This document shows, in pieces, positions 28,439 to 34,617 of a stretch of DNA of 34,617 nucleotides. The translations under genes were made by a program, and so were the position numbers. Source of the stretch: a virus (lineage: Duplodnaviria; Heunggongvirae; Uroviricota; Caudoviricetes); the IMG/VR virus record IMGVR_UViG_2541047909_000003; one strand, written 5' to 3'. A model generated the notes under the pieces. The model was not told the origin of the DNA, made no database searches, and saw nothing but the letters and a program-made list of their open reading frames with translations. Numbering within the stretch: position 1 is the first letter of the stretch; each line of letters starts with the position of its first letter.

Positions 28439-28858
28439 ATGGTTCATGAAGATAAAGCGCGTAAAGAGTTCGCCAGTAGGCTTGCGCTAGCCTGTGAAAA
28501 CGCTGGTTATGAACAACATGGAAGGCAGGCAGAAATTGCCCGTCGAATGAAATTAACACCAAAAGCGGTTAGCAAATGGTTTAATGGCGAAACAATTCCT
28601 CGCCGGGAGAAATTAAGGGAATTAGCAACACTAATAGGAACAACACCAACCTATCTTTTGGGAGAGGATACAGAAGAAAGTGGACAGGTACGTTTCTATC
28701 AGGAGTTAAATCCAAGACAAAAAATCATCATTGACCTTCTGGACGAGCTCCCTGACAGTGAGACAGATGAACTTTTAAAAACTCTTGAAGAGAAAAAACA
28801 GAAGTACAATGCAATTTACGAAGAGTTAGCACGAAAGAAAAAACAAAAAGCCTCTTAA
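28439..28858 (+). CDS. prophage repressor, XRE-family HTH (no S24 peptidase domain)
   Basis: 139 aa; HTH QAEIARRMKLTPKAVSKWFNGETIP; charged/coiled C-terminus. Confidence 0.8.
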   Translation: MVHEDKARKEFASRLALACENAGYEQHGRQAEIARRMKLTPKAVSKWFNGETIPRREKLRELATLIGTTPTYLLGEDTEESGQVRFYQELNPRQKIIIDLLDELPDSETDELLKTLEEKKQKYNAIYEELARKKKQKAS

Positions 28859-28899
28859 ACCAGCATAAATCCGGTAGCGCCTTCCTCCGGGTTTGTGCT

Positions 28900-29070
28900 T
28901 CACTTTATCCCATCTCATTTTTTTACACACAAAATGTACTAAAAGTACTTTACAACAATGAACACAAAGTACATTATATACCTGCCACCACCCCGCCCCA
29001 CAGAATGCAGGGCAATACTTCGAGTTACCAGGCAGTGGTCAGGGGTTAAGTAGCCAGCCCGAGGCGTAAG
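28900..29070 (+). promoter_or_regulatory. early-left promoter/operator candidate
   Basis: TTTACA-N18-ATTATA candidate promoter overlapping GTAC-containing palindromes (aaagtacttt, agtacat) resembling those between repressor and cro. Confidence 0.35.
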
Positions 29071-29154
29071 AACATGACGGCAGGGTTCAACTTTAATAAC
29101 TATGCAGCAGGTTTTTGTTCCGCTACCCCGGCGTTAAGGGGAAATGAGGTCAGC

Positions 29155-29310
29155 ATGGATACTATCGATCTTGGCAACAGCGAATCTCTGGTATGTGGCG
29201 TGTTCCCCAACCAGGACGGCACGTTCACCGCAATGACGTATACCAAAAGCAAAACGTTTAAAACCGAAAATGGTGCCCGTCGCTGGCTGGAAAGAAACTC
29301 AGGTGAGTGA
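29155..29310 (+). CDS. YdaF-like small protein (DUF1391-like, 51 aa)
   Basis: MDTIDLGNSESLVCGVFPNQDGTFTAMTYTKSKTFKTENGARRWLERNSGE; GAGG RBS. Confidence 0.5.
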   Translation: MDTIDLGNSESLVCGVFPNQDGTFTAMTYTKSKTFKTENGARRWLERNSGE

Positions 29311-29311
29311 T

Positions 29312-29440
29312 ATGGATTTCGACACAATCATGGAAAAGGCTTACGAAGAATACTTCGAAGGCCTTGCCGAAGGCGAAGAAGCTCTCAGCTTCAGTGAGTT
29401 TAAACAGGCGCTTTCCAGTTCGGCAAAATCTAACGGCTGA
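29312..29440 (+). CDS. YdaG-like small acidic protein (43 aa)
   Basis: MDFDTIMEKAYEEYFEGLAEGEEALSFSEFKQALSSSAKSNG; below ORF-track cutoff; translationally coupled to preceding gene. Confidence 0.45.
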   Translation: MDFDTIMEKAYEEYFEGLAEGEEALSFSEFKQALSSSAKSNG

Positions 29441-29469
29441 TAAGCGAAACAGCACCGCGAGGAATCAGT

Positions 29470-29688
29470 ATGCAGAAACGAGAACCCGTCATCATCGCGC
29501 CAGACTATACCGATGATGAACTTTATGAGTGGATGCACCAGAAAATTAATGCAGCGCAGGATCTGAAATGGGCCAATGAAGCCAGGGCTAAGCAGGCTGA
29601 AAATCTGTCCGCTCTGGAGCAGGATATCACTAATCTGGAAAAAGCAGCGGCATTAAGCATTGCCAGAATGATTACATACCCGCGTTAA
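29470..29688 (+). CDS. hypothetical 72-aa protein (Kil-like position)
   Basis: ORF in early-left operon; no motif recognised. Confidence 0.35.
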   Translation: MQKREPVIIAPDYTDDELYEWMHQKINAAQDLKWANEARAKQAENLSALEQDITNLEKAAALSIARMITYPR

Positions 29689-30255
29689 TAGCTAACCAAC
29701 GAAGCTAAGGTTGGTAATTAAGGAGTTCTCCACGGATGAGGTGGAGTGCGTGCGCCGGACACGGGTGAGCATCCGGCACAGACAGTTTACTGAAAGGATA
29801 TTTCCCTGAAAGGTCAGACCATAACGCGAAAGCGCACGGCGAGGTAGCTGGTTCATAGATAGCCTGTCGTTAAATTTTCGTCGACCGTGCGCTTCCGGTT
29901 GTGGCAATCCGCGAAATGGCGCGGCGGTGAGTATGGCGGGGTTATTCCTTCCCCGTTGAGGACACCGGGTTGTCAGGTTGACCATACGCTTAAGTGACAA
30001 CCCCGCTGCAACGCCCTCTGTTATCAATTTTCTGGTGACGTTTGGCGGTATCAGTTTTACTCCGTGACTGCTCTGCCGCCCTTTTTAAAGTGAATTTTGT
30101 GATGCGGTGAATGCGGCTGAGCGCACGCGGAACAGTTAAAACCAAAAACAGTGTTATGGGTGGATTCTCTGTATCCGGCGTTAATTGTTAACTGGTTAAC
30201 GTCACCTGGAAGCACCAGGCACCGCATCACAAAATTCATTGTTGAGGACGCGATA

Positions 30256-30444
30256 ATGGAAACGTTATTACCAAACGTTAATACGTCTGAAGGTTGTTTT
30301 GAAATTGGTGTCACTATCAGTAACCCTGTATTTACTGAAGATGCCATTAACAAGAGAAAACACGAACGGGAGCTATTAAATAAAATATGCATTCTTTCAA
30401 TGTTGGCCCGTTTACGTCCGATACAAAAAGGATGCTGGCAATGA
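30256..30444 (+). CDS. small protein (62 aa) upstream of exonuclease-fusion gene
   Basis: GAGGA RBS 7 nt upstream of ATG; METLLPNVNTSEGCFEIGVTISNPVFTEDAINKRKHERELLNKICILSMLARLRPIQKGCWQ. Confidence 0.4.
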   Translation: METLLPNVNTSEGCFEIGVTISNPVFTEDAINKRKHERELLNKICILSMLARLRPIQKGCWQ

Positions 30445-30632
30445 ATACAGCATTTGCACTTGTTCTGACAGTTTTTCTTGTTTCCGGAGAGCCAGTTGAT
30501 ATTGCAGTCAGTGTTCACAGGACAATGCAGGAGTGTGTGACTGCAGCAACCGAACAGAAAATTCCCGGTAACTGTTACCCGGTCGATAAAGTTATTCACC
30601 AGGATAATAACGAAATCCCGGCAGGTCTTTAA
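30441..30632 (+). CDS. small exported or membrane-anchored protein (63 aa)
   Basis: ATGA start/stop overlap with preceding ORF; hydrophobic N-terminus MNTAFALVLTVFLVSG; two Cys. Confidence 0.4.
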   Translation: MNTAFALVLTVFLVSGEPVDIAVSVHRTMQECVTAATEQKIPGNCYPVDKVIHQDNNEIPAGL

Positions 30633-30724
30633 AACAGTTCCGTAATAAACATCCGATTTCATTCTTATATGCCAGCAATGGCAGGGATTTGTTCACCCTT
30701 AAATCTGTAATGAGGTAAAACAAA

Positions 30725-33196
30725 ATGAGTAAAGTCTTTATTTGCGCCGCCATTCCGGACGAACAGGCAATAAAGGAAGAAGGTGCCGTCGCTGTAGCCA
30801 CTGCCATTGAAGCCGGTGATGAACGTCGCGCCCGCGCAAAATTTCACTGGCAATTCCTGGAACATTATCCGGCTGCTCAGGACTGCGCTTATAAATTTCT
30901 TGTTTGCGAGGATAAACCCGGTATACCCCGCCCTGCCCTCGATTCCTGGGATGCTGAATATATGCAGGAAAACCGCTGGGATGAGGCGTCTGCTTCCTTT
31001 GTCCCGGTCGAGACTGAATCCGATCCGATGAACGTCACTTTTGACAACCTAGCCCCTGAAGTACAGAACGCTGTCATGGTTAAGTTCCACACATGTGAAA
31101 AAATCACTGTTGATATGGTGATTAGCGCACAGGAATTGTTGCAGGAAGACATGGCAACATTCGACGGCCATATCGTTGAAGCGTTGATGAAAATGCCAGA
31201 AGTTAACGCTATGTATCCGGAGCTTAAGCTGCATGCCATCGGGTGGGTTAAGCATAAATGTAAGCCTGGTGCCAAATGGCCCGAAATTCAGGCAGAGATG
31301 CGCATCTGGAAAAAACGTCGCGAAGGTGAACGCAAGGAAGCCGGAAAATACACGTCTGTTGTTGATCTCGCCCGCGCCAGAGCCAATCAACAGCACACTG
31401 AAAATTCAACAGGAAAAATCAACCCGGTCATTGCTGCCATTCATCGCGAATACAAGCAGACATGGAAAACACTGGATGACGAACTGGCCTACGCTCTCTG
31501 GCCTGGTGATGTGGATGCCGGAAACATTGACGGCAGCATCCATCGCTGGGCAAAAAATGAAGTTATCGACAACGACCGCGAAGACTGGAAGCGTATCTCG
31601 GCATCAATGCGCAAACAGCCTGATGCCCTTCGCTACGACCGCCAGACTATTTTTGGCCTTGTCCGTGAACGTCCGATCGACATTCACAAAGACCCTGTGG
31701 CACTGAACAAATACATTACTGAATACCTGAATACAAAGGGCGTGTTTGAAGATGAAGGAACAAATCAGAGCGCAACTGATACTCTCTCGTCGCCAGTACC
31801 AGAAACTGATGCAGTGGAAACGGCAATTCCAGACAACGAAAAAACCGAATGCAAAGTGGAAGTCGAACCATCTGTAGAACGTGAGGGGCCGTTCTACTTC
31901 CTCTTCACCGACAAGGATGGCGAAAAATACGGTCGCGCAAACAAACTTTCTGGTCTGGATAAGGCGCTGTCTGCTGGGGCTACTGAAATCACGAAAGAAG
32001 AATATTTCGCCCGCAAAAACGGTACATACTCAGGTTCACAACAAAATACTGGTGCATCTGACACGACCGCACAACCAGGGTCAGTAAAAGTTACCGCTGA
32101 CGAAGTAAACAAAATTATGCAGGCAGCCAATATCAGCCAGCCTGACGCCGATGAACTGCTTGCAGTATCACGTGGTGAATTTGTTGAAGGGATTAGCGAC
32201 CCGAATGATCCGAAATGGGTTAAGGGGATCCAGACCCGCGATTCTGTGAACCAGAACCAGCAAGAAACGGAACAGAACGACCAGAAAGCGGAACAAAACA
32301 GCCCAAATACGCAACAAAACGAGCCAGAAACGAAACAACCTGAACCAGTAGTGCAACAGGAACCGGAAAAGATCTGCACCGCCTGCGGTCATAGCGGTGG
32401 CGGCAACTGCCCTGATTGTGGTGCGGTGATGGGTGACGCAACATACCAGGAAATATTCGATGGAGAGAATCAGCCTGAAGTTCAGGAAAATGATCCGGAG
32501 GAAATGGAAGGCACTGCGCATCAGCACAAGGAGAACACTGGCGGCAATCAGCATCATGCCAGCGATAGTAAAACTGGCGAGGCGTCAGATCCCTTAATTA
32601 AGGCGAACGGTCATCATAATCTCACATCCACCAGCAGAGCGGGGATTCATCTGATGATCGACCTTGAAACCATGGGAAAAAATCCCGATGCCCCGATTAT
32701 CTCAATAGGTGCAATATTTTTCGATCCGCAAACCGGAGATATGGGACCGGAATTTAGTAAGACTATCGATCTGGAAACTGCTGGCGGAGTCATTGATCGG
32801 GACACCATTAAATGGTGGCTTAAGCAATCACGCGAAGCGCAATCTGCCATTATGACCGATGAAATCCCGTTAGATGATGCACTGTTACAATTGCGGGAAT
32901 TTATCGACGAAAACTCCGGTGAATTTTTTGTTCAGGTCTGGGGAAATGGAGCCAACTTCGACAACACGATTTTGCGCCGTTCATACGAACGGCAGGAGAT
33001 CCCCTGCCCGTGGCGTTACTACAACGATCGCGATGTACGCACAATCGTTGAGCTGGGAAAAGCCATGGACTTCGATGCCAGGGCGGCTATTCCATTCGAA
33101 GGTGAGCGCCACAATGCGCTGGATGATGCCCGTTACCAGGCAAAATACGTTTCAACTATCTGGCAAAAACTGATCCCGAATCAGGCTGATTTTTAA
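30725..33196 (+). CDS. large multidomain protein with C-terminal DEDDh (DnaQ-like) 3'-5' exonuclease domain
   Basis: 823 aa; C-terminal Exo I MIDLETMG, Exo II WGNGANFD, Exo III HNALDDARYQA; CxxC-N9-CxxC zinc ribbon (CTACGHSGGGNCPDCG) inside a Q/E/N-rich linker; N-terminal about 550 aa unassigned. Confidence 0.8.
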   Translation: MSKVFICAAIPDEQAIKEEGAVAVATAIEAGDERRARAKFHWQFLEHYPAAQDCAYKFLVCEDKPGIPRPALDSWDAEYMQENRWDEASASFVPVETESDPMNVTFDNLAPEVQNAVMVKFHTCEKITVDMVISAQELLQEDMATFDGHIVEALMKMPEVNAMYPELKLHAIGWVKHKCKPGAKWPEIQAEMRIWKKRREGERKEAGKYTSVVDLARARANQQHTENSTGKINPVIAAIHREYKQTWKTLDDELAYALWPGDVDAGNIDGSIHRWAKNEVIDNDREDWKRISASMRKQPDALRYDRQTIFGLVRERPIDIHKDPVALNKYITEYLNTKGVFEDEGTNQSATDTLSSPVPETDAVETAIPDNEKTECKVEVEPSVEREGPFYFLFTDKDGEKYGRANKLSGLDKALSAGATEITKEEYFARKNGTYSGSQQNTGASDTTAQPGSVKVTADEVNKIMQAANISQPDADELLAVSRGEFVEGISDPNDPKWVKGIQTRDSVNQNQQETEQNDQKAEQNSPNTQQNEPETKQPEPVVQQEPEKICTACGHSGGGNCPDCGAVMGDATYQEIFDGENQPEVQENDPEEMEGTAHQHKENTGGNQHHASDSKTGEASDPLIKANGHHNLTSTSRAGIHLMIDLETMGKNPDAPIISIGAIFFDPQTGDMGPEFSKTIDLETAGGVIDRDTIKWWLKQSREAQSAIMTDEIPLDDALLQLREFIDENSGEFFVQVWGNGANFDNTILRRSYERQEIPCPWRYYNDRDVRTIVELGKAMDFDARAAIPFEGERHNALDDARYQAKYVSTIWQKLIPNQADF

Positions 33197-33260
33197 TGTT
33201 CAACCCCGGTCGTTGCCCACCAGCTATAGTGGCGGCGACCATGATTAGCGAACGACGCTC

Positions 33261-33509
33261 ATGGCAAGACTTATTCTGCTCACTGAGTGGGCAAAAGAGG
33301 AATTCAGTGAACCGGTCCCTACTCCGAGTACGTTAAGTAAATACGCTAAAGCCGGAATGATATTTCCTCTCCCCAAAAAAGTTGGAAGACGCTGGCGAGT
33401 GGATCCGCAAGCTCGCTTTGTCGGAATGGTAAACAAGCCGGAGGTGATCGCCACAGATCACCCTGCTTTGAAGAGGATACTGGAAGATGGCGCGCCCGCG
33501 AAAATATAA
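33261..33509 (+). CDS. xis: excisionase
   Basis: 82 aa; LLTEWAKEEF...FPLPKKVGRRWRV pattern like lambda Xis; overlaps int start. Confidence 0.75.
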   Translation: MARLILLTEWAKEEFSEPVPTPSTLSKYAKAGMIFPLPKKVGRRWRVDPQARFVGMVNKPEVIATDHPALKRILEDGAPAKI

Positions 33510-34617
33510 AACCGATGTTCCGGGATTATCTCCGTATTTTGACAAAAGAAATAACAAAGTTTACTGGCGTTACAGGCATCCCATAACAGGCAAAAATCAC
33601 GGTCTCGGCAGTATTGACCAGAAACTGGCAGAAACTATTGCAGCAGAAGCGAACAGCCGTCTTGCCCGGCAGCAAATGGAACAAATGCTCAGTCTGCAGG
33701 AGAAAATTATTAGTGATACCGGCGGTTCATCAACCGTTACCATTTTTCTGAATAATTACAGAAAAATTCAACAGGAAAGATATGAAAACGGCGAGATCAA
33801 ACTCAACACGCTGAAACAGAAAGCGGCCCCTCTCAGGGTATTTGATGAACGTTTTGGCACCAGACCGTTAGATGCCATAACCGTAAAAGATGTGGTATCA
33901 GTACTGGAAGAGTACAAGGCCAGAGGACATAACAGAATGGGACAAATTTTCAGGAAGGTACTGATCGATGTTTTCCGGGAAGCTCAGCAAACGGGCGATG
34001 TCCCGCCAGGCTTTAACCCTGCAGAATCGGCAAAAAAACCGCAGGTGCGGATATCAAGACAGCGACTGACTTTTGATGAGTGGATGATGATTTATAACGC
34101 AGCGGAAAAGGATGGTTACTTTTTACAGCGCGGTATGCTGCTGGCACTGATGACAGGCCAGCGCCTTTCAGATATTTGCAAAATGCAATTTTCGGATATC
34201 CGGGATGGTTATCTTCATGTCGAACAGCAAAAAACAGGAACCCGGATTGCCATCCCTCTGGCTCTGCGTTGCGATAAATTAAATCTCACCCTGGATGATG
34301 TAGTGTCATCCTGCCGCGATTGTGTTCTTAGTCCGTGGCTATTGCACCACCATCACGCGAAAGGGACAGCTAAGCGCGGCGGGATGGTTAAGCCAGCAAC
34401 ATTAACCGTTGCATTTAAAAAAGCCCGGGATTCTGTGGATTACAACTGGCGTGCTAATGGCACCCCACCCTCTTTCCATGAGCAGAGATCTTTATCAGAG
34501 CGATTGTTCAGAGAGCAGGGGGTTGATACCAAAATTTTGCTAGGCCATTCGAATCAAAAAATGACCGATATTTACAACGATGTACGCGGTAAGGAGTGGA
34601 AAAAACTGGTCATTTGA
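33487..34617 (+). CDS. int: tyrosine integrase (lambda Int family)
   Basis: 376 aa; C-terminal catalytic region colinear with lambda Int (GQRLSDICKMQFSDIRDGYLHVEQQKTG..., HEQRSLSERL, LLGHSNQKMTDIY). Confidence 0.9.
   Translation: MARPRKYKTDVPGLSPYFDKRNNKVYWRYRHPITGKNHGLGSIDQKLAETIAAEANSRLARQQMEQMLSLQEKIISDTGGSSTVTIFLNNYRKIQQERYENGEIKLNTLKQKAAPLRVFDERFGTRPLDAITVKDVVSVLEEYKARGHNRMGQIFRKVLIDVFREAQQTGDVPPGFNPAESAKKPQVRISRQRLTFDEWMMIYNAAEKDGYFLQRGMLLALMTGQRLSDICKMQFSDIRDGYLHVEQQKTGTRIAIPLALRCDKLNLTLDDVVSSCRDCVLSPWLLHHHHAKGTAKRGGMVKPATLTVAFKKARDSVDYNWRANGTPPSFHEQRSLSERLFREQGVDTKILLGHSNQKMTDIYNDVRGKEWKKLVI

Larger units (their letters stand above)
1..34617. mobile_element. lambdoid prophage (partial; both ends outside window), late genes on minus strand, int/xis on plus strand at right end
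   Basis: Co-linear phage modules: int-xis, repressor/cro, replication, Q, lysis, terminase, tail K-I-J, lom, stf; typical lambda-like order when read right to left. Confidence 0.9.

Noticed and set aside
30057-30662. 201-aa Cys-rich minus-strand ORF
   Set aside because: Antisense to two well-supported, translationally coupled plus-strand genes with good RBSs; no RBS of its own.
30725-33196. Straightforward annotation as exodeoxyribonuclease VIII (RecE)
   Set aside because: The catalytic domain is DEDDh (DnaQ-like), not the PD-(D/E)XK fold of RecE, and no RecT partner is adjacent; any RecE relationship would be limited to the unassigned N-terminal region.

Overview
The whole 34.6-kb window lies inside one lambdoid prophage of an Escherichia-like enterobacterium, and the prophage appears defective. 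It is inverted relative to the window: integrase and excisionase are on the + strand at the right end (attL beyond 34617), and the late genes run on the minus strand from Q (about 23.1 kb) to the tail fibre at the left edge (attR beyond position 1). Read in phage order, the modules are: int-xis; an early-left operon with a large protein ending in a DEDDh exonuclease domain and several small proteins; a Rac-like immunity region (XRE repressor, Cro/YdaS-like, YdaT-like); a replication initiator with internal iterons; a cargo island (QueH-like gene, hok/sok); a nin-like region (DUF968-like, RusA); Q with a predicted late promoter and terminator; an orphan DNA methyltransferase; a tRNA array (Ile-CAU, Arg-UCG, one truncated Arg-UCU-like); an AT-rich insert where Stx phages carry stx; a NanS-p-like esterase; a P21-type lysis cassette; a TonB C-terminal-domain lipoprotein; HNH, cos and TerS; then HK97-like head-tail joining genes and lambda-like K, I, J, lom and an StfR-like tail fibre. 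Three deletions are inferred: most of TerL through the capsid genes, the tape measure/M/L block, and the stf tip fused to the 3' half of tfa. The most interesting candidates for undescribed biology are the TonB-CTD lipoprotein, the QueH-like gene, the exonuclease fusion with its two coupled small proteins, a possible small RNA in the expanded I-J spacer, and the reverse-oriented Cys-rich ORF at the stx-equivalent locus. All calls rest on reading the ORF translations and DNA by eye; family assignments are from remembered motifs and no searches were run. Coordinates of non-ORF features are approximate to a few nt.
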